36,799 nt of DNA from Neophaeotheca triangularis (Eukaryota): NCBI GenBank assembly GCA_054600435.1, contig BAAIJX010000054.1, positions 124,001 to 160,799 of the forward strand, given 5' to 3'. The stretch's first letter is position 1. Every line of letters begins with the position of its first letter. Both the position numbers and the translations under genes were made by a program. The notes under the pieces are model-generated. The model worked only from the letters and a program-made list of their open reading frames with translations, was not told where the DNA came from and did not search any database. Below, one piece after another: positions 12,690 to 24,789 of the stretch.

Positions 12690-14694
12690 TCAACCCACAT
12701 CCTCGGCCCCATTGACCCTCGCATCATACCTAGCATCGGCGGGCAAGACCTCCCACTCCACCGTCCCGTTGCCTTGTCGATACAGACTCTCCTTTGGCCC
12801 GCGAGTGCGATAATCAGCCGCGAGCGGCTCCGTGCCCGTCGCGACATCGAGATTCCGCAGCACGCGCGTGAAGAGGTCGAGGGAGGTTGCCGGACGGCTT
12901 TTTTTTTCGCGAGGAAGGGTTAGCGGGGATTGCTCTTGTGCTCTCTTTCTTGTTTGGGTCTCTTCCCTTCCGGCGTGGTTTCTGCCTCTCTTTTTGCCTG
13001 TTGTGTTTGTGGCACGGAGATGGAATGGCTGGCTCGAGATGACTTTTTTTTTGGTGGGGGGTGTGGGAGAAGGTTGGGGCTTGACTTGACTTACTAAAAG
13101 GGCACGGCATGCCCGGCTTCGAAGATGCGGGCGAAGGCGAAGTTGCCGGATTGCTTGACTTGGCCATGCACGATGTTGTCCGGGGTGGAGATGTTGGCGT
13201 AGCCGGAGGCATGGTAGCCAGGGGCGCGGGTGTTGGCTGCGACGGCGGCGTTGCCGAGCCAGTTGCAGATGTAGTCTGGCAGGAAAGGGGGGTTGAGCGG
13301 GTTAGCAAGGGCAGGTTGATTGATGAGGGTGGGGCGTTTTGGGGAAGGATGGGCAAGCTCTCACCTGCGTCCCCGGCGTATTCGTAGACGTAGACGCCGG
13401 CTTCGAGCAAACTGGCCACGGCCGCGTAGGTTCCGGCTTCGCGGGCGTCGTCGCCTGTGTTGCGGAAAGCGGCGCTCACGGTGCTGGAGCTGCGCGAGTA
13501 ATTCGTGAAAGCTCCCACGGCGTGCTGCACTTTGGGGGAGTTGAGGTAATCGGTGAAGAAGCTGTAAGGAAAGGGGTCAGGGGTCAGCTGGCGCATGTCG
13601 TACTGACTTCGCTCGGTGATTGGGTTCCAGATGTTTTGGACTTGGGCTATGCAGAAAGCGTCGGCGGCGGCGCAGACGGTGTTGTCGCCGCGCATGTTGC
13701 AATCGATGGCTTGGTCGAGGCAGTTGCCGGGGCCGTACATGTTGTTGTGGAGCATGGCTGTTGTTGACACGTTGTAAGGCGAGTAGTTGTAGGGATTGCC
13801 GGGAGAGACGGTGTAGTCGTAGTAAGAACCGAATTGGACGACTGGATCATACCAGCCATTGCCGATTTGGACGCTGCGCAGGTCGATGTGATGGGCGTCT
13901 AGCTCGCCGCAATCAATTAGCTCGTTCTGCTGTATGATGTATTCGTTGAATATGGGGCCGTAGTGGCCGCCATAGCTTTGGGATGCGAAGTGAAAGCCGT
14001 TGGAGGAGTACTCTGGGAAAGCTCCCATGAATCCCTGGAGTGTCTTCCACATCCCTGGAGCAGCGGCATGGGTCGAGTTGGCCGTGTTGGTTTGGTTTGG
14101 ATAGGAGTAAGTTCCGCAATCCCAGTCTGCGGCAAAATCCGGACATGTAGCGTTGGGTAGTGTGATGATGTTGCTTCCTGTGGGTGGCACATAAGCAGAT
14201 ACGGCCGTGCTGTAGGAGAAGCCGACCTGTGCTGGCTGATCAACGAAAAGCATGTTGCTGCTGTTCGTCCACGAGTAAGGGTTATTGGTAAGGTTGCCAT
14301 CGTAGTCCATTCCACAGGGACCTTGCGCTTCGAAGAGGCCAATCATGCTGCTACTGCCGGGTCCACCATTGATCCAGACGGTGAGAGGGGCGTTTTGGGG
14401 GTCACCATTTCGGGCTTCAAAGAACCACCTGAGCTATCGTCAGCACTTGCTGAGCCAAGCACCACTTGTGGGCGATTAGGCTTACCAGAAGATGTGCTGG
14501 TCTTCGTCGATATCCGAGTAGCCAGAGTAGGACTTGACATTGGGATCGAGCTCGCAGATGCCTTCAGGAACTTGCTTGTACCGTACACCAATACCGGCGT
14601 GACCCTGAGTTTCAATCAAATCCGTGGGAGCTGGAACGAATTGTGCCAAGGCAGTGGCTGCGAGACCCAGGACCCAGATCAAGTGAGTTGCCAT
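12690..14694 (-). CDS. Secreted serine carboxypeptidase, family S10; exons 14694-14486, 14428-13365, 13275-13095, 12897-12690
   Basis: Signal peptide [62 protein letters not shown]; nucleophile [17 protein letters not shown] (Asp); AGHAVPF/Y (His). Three introns with GT donors and branch sites give a continuous frame to TGA at 12690. Confidence 0.88.
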
Positions 14695-15336
14695 TCCCTT
14701 TGTCAATGCCTTGAGATGTGGATGAAAGAATGTTATAAGAGAGATTCTGACAAACGAGAGGAGACGAGCTGGATCAATGGAAGAGGAGGCGTTCCACTCG
14801 ATACTACTTTAGCCAAGTGCCTGTGTACGTACCATACCTACTAGTAGATACTTACTGTATGCTGCTTCTGACACGGGTGTAGCACGCACAGCATGATGCA
14901 ATGGTCGGTAGGGTAAGGTAGTACATTGTGACGAATTCCATGTCGTCCCAAGGTGAAAGTGCGTCACGTCGCTTTAGAACCTTCCTCATTAGCTTGAATA
15001 ACGAAGCAGCGAAGAGAAAAACAAGCTGCCACCGCTGCGATTGCGAAGGTGCATGAAGAAAGTGACTTGGCAGTGATAAGAAGACACTGGGCGAGCGACG
15101 AGGTAAGGTAACTTAGGACGAAAGAGGAAGGACTTTTGGCGATAGGGGAAAGCCGGGTCCAGCCAACTCACATCTTCTGCCTCACGGCCAAGGGCCTCTC
15201 TGTTCTGCTTCTATAGCTCCGCGAGAAGGGCGACACACTGATTCGAAGATGGCCGGTTGGAAGCATCCCGAGAAAACAATCCGGTGCAGTTTTCACAACA
15301 TGTCTCAGACTCATCAATCATTACATACATCTACCA

Positions 15337-16656
15337 CTACAACTTAGCAGCAGTAACCTCCTTCTTCGGCCCAGTAAACCCGAACAAATACCCGGCAACC
15401 TTGCGCATCTGAATCTCCTCACTCCCCTCAGTGATCCTATACCTCCGATGATGGCGCCAGATGTGCTCAAACTGCTTATGCCTCGAATACCCCACTCCAC
15501 CATGGACCTGGATAGCGCGATCCGCGGCCTCGGTACACAGACGGTTAGCCCAGTAATTGCACATGGAGACTTTATCGCCGAGCTTGGCCTCGACTTCGAC
15601 ATGGTCCATGCGGTCCATGTCCGAGGCGGTTTTGCGGATGAGCAGACGCAGCATCTCGGCTTGCGTGGCGAGTTCGACCAGCGGGAATTGAATGGCTTGG
15701 TTGGACGCGAGGGGTTTGCCAAAGGGCCGGCGTTGTTTGGCGTAGTTGACGGATTCGTTGATGCAGTAGCAGGCCGCGCCGAGCGAGGAGGCTGGTTGTC
15801 GGATTCGGTTCTCATGGACGAAAGCTTGTGCGACGGCCAGACCTTCGCCTTCGGCGCCCATGATGGTGGAGTTGGGGACTTTGACGTCCTTGAGCGAGAC
15901 GGTGGCGTGGTCGGTCGGCATGTTGAGGGTCCACTCGTAGCTTTCCACGACAATGCCGGGAGTTGACCGCGGGACGACGAAGCAGGTGATGCCCTTGGCT
16001 GAACCGGCGCGGCCAGAGGTACGCGCGAAGATGAAGCAGTGGGTAGCAGCGTGCATGCCCGTCTGCCACATCTTGCCGCCGTTGATGACCCAGCTGCCAT
16101 CCGCCTGCCTGACCCCCGTAGTATCCATAAACGTGGCATCGCTCCCGTGCCCCGGCTCCGTCAAGCCAAAGGTAATTCTCACCTTGCCCTGCAGCCTACC
16201 CCAAATCAACTCCTTCTTCTGTTCCGGCGTGCCAAAATGCTGCACCATGACCACATCCGGCGCATTGGAGACGATGCTATGCTCGTTTTGCAAATCATTA
16301 AAGAGACCCAGACCCTTGCTAGCGAGATGCTCCCTAATAACAGCCATCCACAAATTACTGCCTCTGCCACTCGCCTCATTCTGGCCACCATACTCTTTCG
16401 GCAAGCTGAAGCGCCAGAAACCTGCCTTGTCCGCTAGCCGGTTACACTCGCCCAGCAAGGCCTCCCATTCGGGGCGCGGCAGGCCGCCATTGTCCCAGTC
16501 GGTTCGCGCGTGCTCGCGGCGGTGGTCGAAGAAGCGTTCGTTGTCGTCTTTACGTTGTAAAGGCAGAATCTCCGCTTCGATGAACTTGTCCAGCTGGGCG
16601 AGGTAGTCCACAAGAGCTGGGGGGACGTCGAAGTTCATGCTGGCTTGGTCGGACAT
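15337..16656 (-). CDS. Acyl-CoA dehydrogenase, intronless, with C-terminal peroxisomal targeting signal (AKL)
   Basis: FGLTEPGHGSDA, WVINGGKMW, RPFGKPLASNQAIQF, AIQVHGGVGYS and RITEGSEEIQ are ACAD motifs. The first ATG is at 16656 (the ORF-track start at 16713 is non-ATG). The protein ends ...VTAAKL*. Confidence 0.93.
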   Translation of the reverse strand: MSDQASMNFDVPPALVDYLAQLDKFIEAEILPLQRKDDNERFFDHRREHARTDWDNGGLPRPEWEALLGECNRLADKAGFWRFSLPKEYGGQNEASGRGSNLWMAVIREHLASKGLGLFNDLQNEHSIVSNAPDVVMVQHFGTPEQKKELIWGRLQGKVRITFGLTEPGHGSDATFMDTTGVRQADGSWVINGGKMWQTGMHAATHCFIFARTSGRAGSAKGITCFVVPRSTPGIVVESYEWTLNMPTDHATVSLKDVKVPNSTIMGAEGEGLAVAQAFVHENRIRQPASSLGAACYCINESVNYAKQRRPFGKPLASNQAIQFPLVELATQAEMLRLLIRKTASDMDRMDHVEVEAKLGDKVSMCNYWANRLCTEAADRAIQVHGGVGYSRHKQFEHIWRHHRRYRITEGSEEIQMRKVAGYLFGFTGPKKEVTAAKL

Positions 16657-17526
16657 GGTTTGATATATCTTTCTTGAGGGGTAGAAGGGGAATGAAGGAG
16701 AGCTGTTTAGCAAGTATACAGTATATCGAAGCGGACCTACCGTGTTCGACAGCGCAGCCTCGTTTGTGAGGGCGCTTCTACTATGATATGTATGTGTGCC
16801 ATTGGTGTACTGTGGTCAAGGGGTGAAGCTCGCCCAGAGACGCAACCTCGGGTTTCTGTGAGGAGCACGCGGGGAAGTCGGCTACAGATTGTCACTTGTC
16901 AGATCTCGAAACTTGCCTGTACGTTCTGTTGGAGGTATTCATCGCTTCTTGGATAAAATATGTCTTTGATGTAACGACTCCTCGCGAGGACACTCCATTA
17001 ACTTGGATCGTACCAAGTCGATTTCATACTTGATCCTGCTCTCGAGACTTCACTGCTAAGTGGCCATTGCTGAGGCCTCCGTAGTTGATTCGTCAATCAA
17101 TTTCGACGCTAGCTGAGGAACGCGCCAACAACGCGCTAGCAACATATTATTCCTCCGCCCATTCAAGCAGCACCAATATCTCGACGATTTCTTGTTCAAA
17201 TCACACGAGGTTTTCATTGCAGGTGTCTAGAAGACTTGTAGATGGCTCCTGATGGTCAAGAGGTGGCGATCTCATCTTTGCGGACTGATAATGCTGCTTG
17301 TCGTGCTTCGGATATCTCGTCAGAGTTCGTAAGGTTCATGGGGTATCTAACTGCGCCCACCGTATTGGCCGTCGGTCTCCACCCTTGACGTGGTTTTCGC
17401 AAACATAACCCTTGTTTGGCTCGGCCAGCACCAGCCGCTACACAGTGGGTTCTCCGCTGGGGAGTGTCCATTGGTCAGCACTCGACCTGCTCCCAAGAAC
17501 CCAACCTCGTGTATCAAACCAGCCCT

Positions 17527-19506
17527 CTACGGCTGCCAACCATCAGCATTAAAATCGTCCAAGAATGACAACCCATCATGGTTAATCGGATTATTCGGAT
17601 CCAAGTAAGTGCCAAAAATATCATCCATACCGGTGAACCAATCCCAATTGATATCGAACTCCCCACTGGCCTGCGCACTGCCGCTATTCATGGCGCTGTC
17701 GACCTGCGGAGTCGCACCTTCCACGGTTTGAGGACCTTCGACGGGCACTTCGTGCGGCTCCCCAGTCTCAACGCAATTGAGAGTGAAAGCGAACTGCCGA
17801 TCCGTTTGCGGGGGCTGCGAGAGGAGTCTGGGGTTCTTCTCCAGTTCTGCGAGCACTTTGCGTGCGAGGGTGGCCGTGAGATCGGCGTTCGCCCACGTGC
17901 GGCGGAGAGTTTGGAGGTATCGGGCGCAGGTTTCGAAGTCCCGGCGGGCGCCGGCTTTGCGGTGGGGGAGTTTGTCTTGACGTACGTGCTGGTAGGAGAC
18001 GGAAAGGGCGAGGGAGATGCCGTAGCAGATCACAGGGATTGGGAGGAGGTTTTCGAGACCGGGGCCGTATTCGATTAGGCGGATTAGTTCCATGGTTGAG
18101 AGATTTTGGCGTTCGTAGGAGGGGCTGTTTATGGGGGTGTTGTTGACGTTTCGTCTTCGGGAGGAAATCATTGCTACGCTGAGGTAGTAGATGTGGAGGG
18201 TCGATAGTGTTGGCGCGGATAAGTGCCACGCGTTTGCTTGGTCGACCAGTTCTTCGAAACCTGGGAAGTCGGTCTCCCAGCCTGTGGCAGAGGCTGGACA
18301 GCCTGGTCGGTAGTAGTCGATGGTCTTGTCTAGCATTTCTGCAATGCGTAACCAGACGTCAAAAGCCGGGAAGCCGGATTCTCCGGGTGCGAGGGTAGAA
18401 ATGGCCACATCTCGCTCGTACATCACCACTGGTCTTCCACTGGTAGCGGCATGCAGTCTATCAAGTGTCCAGAGCACCCAGAACAAACGTTTCATTGGTA
18501 CGCCGTCAGCATGTGTACGCGTCCCGTAGTGACCCAAATGCAGCCCCATGGTCTGGCTATAGTGCATGGCCTGAGCCAAATGCAGAGAAGCGTCTTCGCA
18601 GCCATCGGTACCTTCAAGATGAAGCGACAGCAAAGCCAGAGTCCGTATTCGAGTCATCTTGTCCGGCACAGAGGCTGGATTGAGAGCCTGCAAGGCAGAT
18701 AGATAGAGAGTCCTGGCGAACTCCCGAGGCGCAACAGTGGTAGTCGAGCCGCTAAATCGAAGCAGCGATTCCGCACTGCTATCTTTCCCGGCCACAAGAC
18801 AAACAGCATGGACAAGAGCGACCGGCACCGTACGCTCTGCACAGCTCCGGCGAAACTCGTCCTCCTGCAGCAACGGCAGTACGGGATGCACTCGTCGGAA
18901 AAATACATCAATCAGAGCCGCTTCGTCGACGCTATTGAGCAGTCGCGGATACTGGCTTCCCGTAGCCTTGGGATCCTCAAGCGCTCCCACCACACCATCC
19001 CTGGGGACGCCTACGTTGCGCTCTCGCATCAGCGCATCCCACTCACTCCTATCGATCCAGATGCCCTTGGGCATACCGGTTGAGCGATTAGCCGGCGCGT
19101 CCGAACGTTCCAGGAAACGCGCCTCGGGATTTAGGTCGCCAATGAAGCGCTGCGTTTTTGCGTGAGGTTCCCCGGCGGATCGCGACAACGCTTTGAGTTG
19201 GCCTGAGGGAGCTGGCGGTGTGATCCGCTCGTGGCTGTCATCACGTGCGACCTCGTGAGGTTGCGAAGTCGGCTCATTGCCTGTCGTGGTTCTCCTCTTG
19301 GGTCTCGCGGCATCTTCGTCGCCGTCGTCTTCTTCCATGTGCCGGCAGCGTTTCTGACATCCAAGTCAGTGTTGACTACAAGAGCATTGTAAAAGTGGCG
19401 TCTAATCAAGCCCTACCTTGCGTGACCTGCATTTTTCGCAGGCTTTCGCGAGTCTTTTGCGCTTCAGGGCATCTCCAGAGTATTGCGGGACGAAGGTGAG
19501 CTCCAT
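17527..19506 (-). CDS. Fungal-specific transcription factor (Fungal_trans/MHR domain) with a truncated zinc-cluster N-terminus; exons 19506-19417 and 19353-17527
   Basis: Exon 1 MELTFVPQYSGDALKRKRLAKACEKCRSRK, intron GTAGGG...CTGAC...CAG, then KRCRH joined to the 603-aa ORF, which has LIDVFFRRVHPVLPLL, QTMGLH and RLFWVLWTLDRLHAATSGRP. Confidence 0.82.
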
Positions 19507-20395
19507 CAGAGATGAGTGTACTTGTCTAGATGGGTCGTCAGTCGGCATACCCTACCTAGTACACATGGCTTTCCTGGCACATTCCCACCCAGCCATGAGA
19601 ACGACAATATTCTTACAATAATTGGTAGGTCGAAGGAAATTTGAATCTGGCGATGATGCTGAAGGTTTTCATGTGACTCGCAGGCAAACAAAATGCAGAT
19701 GTGTAATATATAGCGCTGGTACAAGTATGCACACCATGCCGAGCTAGGGTCAGAGTTGGAGCACACCTCGGATCAGTCATAGAAGGCCTGCCTGTAATAC
19801 TCGGGCTGTAGGAGGTATCGCTTGTTTACTTGGCCCGGCCAAGATACGATCATCTGAGGTTATTCGTGCAGCCTTTGAGCGGCAGGACCAGAGGTGTTGA
19901 ACACCTAAGGCACGTAATGGCCTTTGTTTCAAGTCTGGACTCGGAAAGCCACCTCAACACATACCTACCCAAAGCACGCCGAGCTGTACAAAATGTCACA
20001 AAAGCGACGGAGTTGGATATCGCACCGAGCCCGCAGAACCCCTCGAGAAGGGCTTGACGAACAAAATACCACGTAAGTATACGCAACAAAGGGCCGGATA
20101 CACAGCACGCTCCTCGTTTCAACACCGCTGAGCAGATAATGTCATCATCTGTACATCAAAGCTACCTTAGGCAAGCTGTCTGGATTCATGATAAGAATAA
20201 AACGCAGCAAATGGTTCAGCTCATGCAAGCACCAGCCACCCGACGCTGCTCTCACACACTAGCCCCATTCCTCAGCAAGTCGCTGAACGTACCGGACCCT
20301 TCCAGCACCATTGTCCGTCTCTGACCCCCCATACTCCCAATTATCCGAAAGACTGCCCATAAGCAATCCTTCTCACCATCTTGAGTAGCTCAATC

Positions 20396-23300
20396 CTACG
20401 GATACCGCCAAGTCTCCCCGCCCATCTGGGGCAACATAGGACCGTAGGGGTTCGCCTGGCCACTGGCATTCATAGAAGCTGCGGGGTTCATAGTCGGCGC
20501 GTTGCCCATGCTTGGCAGCGTCTGCCAAGCGCTACTGTGATGCAGCGGACTGCCCTGCTTGATCATGTTGTTGGGCGTGACGTGGGGATCGGAGAGCGGC
20601 GAGGGCGTAGGTGCCTTAGGGGAGTTGTTCCACATTGGCGCGCTTTCGTAAGGCTGCGAGGGTGGCTGCTGGGAGAAGTTGTTGTGTTGAAAGGAGTTGT
20701 GGAAGGAGTTTGGGCGATAGTTTTGCTGGCCGAGTTCGTGGAGGAGGCGCTGTTGGTTGCTGTTTTGGGCCGACATGCTGGGTTGGCGGGCGAGCTGTTG
20801 TTGGAATTCCGAGGGGGTTTGGTATTGTGCTGTTGGGTACTGAGGGCGAGGTGGTTGGTAGTTAGAAAGAGGCTGGTCAATACTTGGACGTCGGTTTGGT
20901 GCAACATGGCGTTGATATAGTTGAGAAGGTGGCGTCCACTGCTCGCTCGGGCGGCGCTGAGTCCCACTTGCAGAACTTACGGAAGCAGTTGGCGTGTGCG
21001 TCGGTCGCCATTCCTGGCTGTTCCTATCGATTTGTCAGCGAATGCGAACCTCAAATATTGGGTCCAAGGACTTCACATACCTTCGATCCTGATCGGTGGG
21101 CTTGGATCCGACCGAAGAGGTCGTGGCGGGAGTTGGAGGCGCACCCACAGGAGAGTGATGGCTTTGCGATGACGAGGACGGCCTTATACCATTACCTGCC
21201 TGCGAACCAGATTGTGGCAGAGCAGGCGCCATCATCGAGCCGTTACCGCCGCCCACATGTCCCATCATGCCGGGTACTTGAGGGGCGCCATATTGCTGAA
21301 TGACCTGGCTGTTGCGGCGAATGGCTTCCATCTGCTGCTCGGGGGTCTGTTGATTGTGGGGGATCGAGGAACGCCGCTGCTGCATCGACTGCTGACCCTG
21401 TGACTGCCGGCGGACAACTTCGCGGTACTGCGAGTACTCGCCTGGCCAAGCTGCTGGAAGAGTCTTAGTTGAATAGTACTGGTCAAGGGGGAATGCCCGG
21501 AGTTGCGTGCTCTTGCGTGGCTGTTGAGAGCTTTCACGCGTACCTTGCGAGCTGCTAGTAGAGCTCTGCTGCGGCGTCTGTTGCGTACCAGACGGTCGTC
21601 GCCCTGCCTGTGCACCTTGGGTGGTAAAGCTGCGCTGATTTGCAAGTGCTTGCTGGTCAACCGACCAAACAGAGGGTTGTGGTGGGACCGGGGCCTTGGG
21701 CTTGTAGGCGTAGGGCTTCCCAAAGTTATGACTGATTGCAGGGACATTAGTGGCTGCGCTGACCAAGGGTTTAGGTGGGCGACTGGTCTGAGCTGGATGG
21801 ACTGCAGCCAAAGCTTGCCTCTGAGGTGGGTGCTGGAAGGCAGGACGAGGCGCGACACGCTCCATGAAATTGCTCCGAGGAACGTGGACCGTGCCATTCG
21901 GAGTATCTGTGAAGAAGCATTTTGCGTCCGTGGATATCTTGCCAAGATAATAGTAGAGCTGGTCCGGGTCATTGATTCTGACAGAAAACTTCTGTGGGTA
22001 GTACGGGTTAAGACGGTAATCCTTTGGAGGTGTCTCAACGTTGGCGAATTCGGCCCACTTGAAGTCGGGATTGTCGTGGAAGTCTTGCTCCATTGTCGGA
22101 ACACCATCCTGGCGGTTGTCCATGGACAGTAGGTTCTTGTTAAGCCCCTCTGGCATTGCGACAGCTTTGGAGGAGGGCTTGGGGCGCTGGGAGTCATCTG
22201 GGTCCAGGACACATAACCACTTCCAGTCGACTTCCACCCGGTTGCCCTCGGGTATCACGTCGACAAGGACAGTAAGCTCGCTTGGACGATTCTCAACCAC
22301 CACACCAGCATACACCTCGCCACCGAACTGTTGCGCCTGTACAACATCGCCAGGCTGGACCTGCTTGGCGAAATTGCTGATGCGCTTGCTGTTTTCCACA
22401 GATTCGATGCTGAAGTTCTTCGCCATCTTGGGCCTGTGGTACCGACAGCGGAAGTCGTAACCATCCTCGAAGTACTCCGTTCCATCTTCGCCGAATGTTG
22501 GCACTGGACCGCAGTCGATGAGCACACCCGCAGCCAATGCGCAGCTAGCATGATAGGAACGGGTGCACTTTTTGGCAGCGCATTGAAGCTTGCTGCCCCC
22601 GCGTTTCGAGCGGCAAAAGTTGCACCTCAGCTCAAGGCGAGCACGGTCAACGTTAGTGACACCGTGGACCTTGGGCTTGTTTTGGTCGTTCGAGATCCAA
22701 GTCTCCGGAGTGTAAAGAGCGCAAGAGCGATGGGCTTTGCGTCCGTTGTCTGCCGGAAGCAGAGGATCCCAGGAATTGTCATTCGGACACATGATGCAAG
22801 GCTCGCGTGTAGGACCTTTGATGCGGATACGGCGGATCTTTTTCTTCTTCTTTGGTGCTTCCTGCTTTGGCTCTCGCTTGCGCTTCTTGCTCTGTGCCTT
22901 TGAACCTTTGACACTGGCCGGTGGCGAAGGCAGGTTGCCGTCATCTTCCTGGTCCTCTTCATCTTCGTCGTCGGTCTCCTCGTAGTACTCCGGTGTGGGC
23001 TCGCCTCGTAGTCGACGCTCAATATCCGCCACATCCACCCATACATTATCGGCTTCGCAGTTGCATTTCTTCGCAATCCTGCCATACTCCAGCCAAGAAT
23101 CAGTGGCAAAGTTGACAGATTCAGCGCAGTTGTAGCCAAGGTTGTAACCGGAATGGTAGCCATAGGGGAATGTGATCACAAACTCGCCTTCGTAGTGGAC
23201 GAGTTTGTTAACTTTGACGTTGTACTGCTTTTGCAACACGTCTGGGGAGATGAGGTAGGTCTTGTGGCGCAGAAACTGATCGCAATTCTTCGCATCTTGG

Positions 23301-24789
23301 GGCCAAACGCTCTTCATGGCGGCTTCAAACTTCCTGGCGTCTTCCTGAGAAATGCTGTACCATTGCTTCGGAGCACCAAAGTGGATGTAGTTGATGCTGT
23401 AAAGATCGACGTCCTCAAGATGCCACGCAAAGGTCGCTTTCCACATACCCATGTAGAGGTAGGCGGTGTTCACACCGGGAACTTTGGTGCCTAGCACATC
23501 CAACAGATTCTCGAGCTTGGCGACGTTCCAGCTAGTAACAGTATCGTCGAACAAGGAACCAGGCATATCGGCGGCGTACATTGGCTGATTGAAGGCCAAG
23601 CTCCTCCAGTAGTGTGATTCGAGCTCGGCACATCGCTCGGCAGTGAATTCATCCAAACCGTCCATGTGGTAGTCAAAGTCTTCAAAGGCAGCCTCGTCCA
23701 CGTAATCCGCGGCCTCCGACGTATTGTTCAAACGTCTCGATGTGACCGTTTTGGCCTGGCCACCCTTGGGCTGCCTTCCCTTTGGCTTCGGTGCAGCTTT
23801 CGCGGGCTTGGGTGCCGGAGAGGCTGGTGTCGGTGGTGCCTGCTGGGCACGACCGCTGCGCCTCGCCTTCGGTGGATCAGCCTCCTCGGCTAGCTTCTCC
23901 TCGTCTTGCTCAGTAGCTGTGGTTGGCGCACCGCGCTTTGGCCGACCAGGCTTCCTTTTTGGCTTTGACGCCTCTTCACCGTCCTGCGATGCAGCGGAAC
24001 CAGCAGCAGCGCGACCACGGAGCTTCCCTCCTCCTCGAACGACTTTCTCCTGATTGCGCCTGCGCTCGCCACGCTTTGCAGGCGGTTGATGGTCCGTCTT
24101 CTCCGTCAAGTCTTTCCATTCCGGCAGATTGTACGATCTCTGCTTTTCCACGTTCTGTTGTGTGTATGTGCCGTATGCGCCGTTGAACTCCTGTGTGATG
24201 GGGTTCTTGATTTTGATCTTTTTGACGTATTCATCGAGGGCAGGTAGATTCTCGCGCCTGTGAATTCATGTCAGTCGTTGCACGATTGTAACAGAACATT
24301 TGGACTAAGCATACCATTCTTGAGGCGGTACAACCTTGACGATGCCAGCCTTCATGCCATACTTGTCGATCTTGTTGACGAACTTCTTGAAGCTTCGGAA
24401 TTGATCCATAGTCTGCGCAGCCAGGAACGTTAGCATGTACACCCTTGGAAACGTCATGTTCCGTGTATCCCAATGCATCAACATACCGGCTTGAACACAG
24501 GTATCCTGCCACCCTCGTAATAGTGATCCGGCTCAATCTCCTCGCCATCGCTCTCATCGTCCAGATCCAGATCGCTCAAATCGCTTTCCGCACTTTCGTT
24601 CTTCATTCTTTGCTCGTTGTTCATCTCTTCCGAGGTCGGTGGCGTCAGGGCAGAAGCGCCCGGTTTAGTCGCGGTTTCGCTGGAGGGTTCGACGTCGTCG
24701 CGAGGCGGCGACAACATGACCGTGTCTGTTGTATTATTTGTTGAGTCCATGTTGGAAGTCGTGGAGGCGGTGCCGCCGGCGTCTCCCAT
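20396..24789 (-). CDS. kdmA: JmjC histone H3K36/H3K9 demethylase of the KDM4 family (KdmA/Rph1); exons about 24789-24487, 24412-24315, 24257-21081, 21023-20396
   Basis: JmjN (IPVFKP/TMDQFRSFKKFVNKIDKYGMKAGIVKVVPPQEW), JmjC with Fe-binding FAWHLEDVDLYSINY and GYHSGYN, extended PHD-type zinc finger (CIMC...HRSCALY...CNFC...C...C...YHASC), and a long Q/P/S-rich tail. Intron 21080-21024 (GTATGT...CTGAC...TAG) joins the tail ORF ending at 20396. The start could alternatively be the ATG at 24750. Confidence 0.9.

Noticed and set aside
16714..17526. Possible gene remnant between the transcription factor and ACAD (71-aa ORF 17256-17471)
   Set aside because: Frequent stops in the frames examined and no recognisable homology.
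20396..20776. Stand-alone 126-aa ORF
   Set aside because: It is the final part of the last kdmA exon once intron 21080-21024 is removed.
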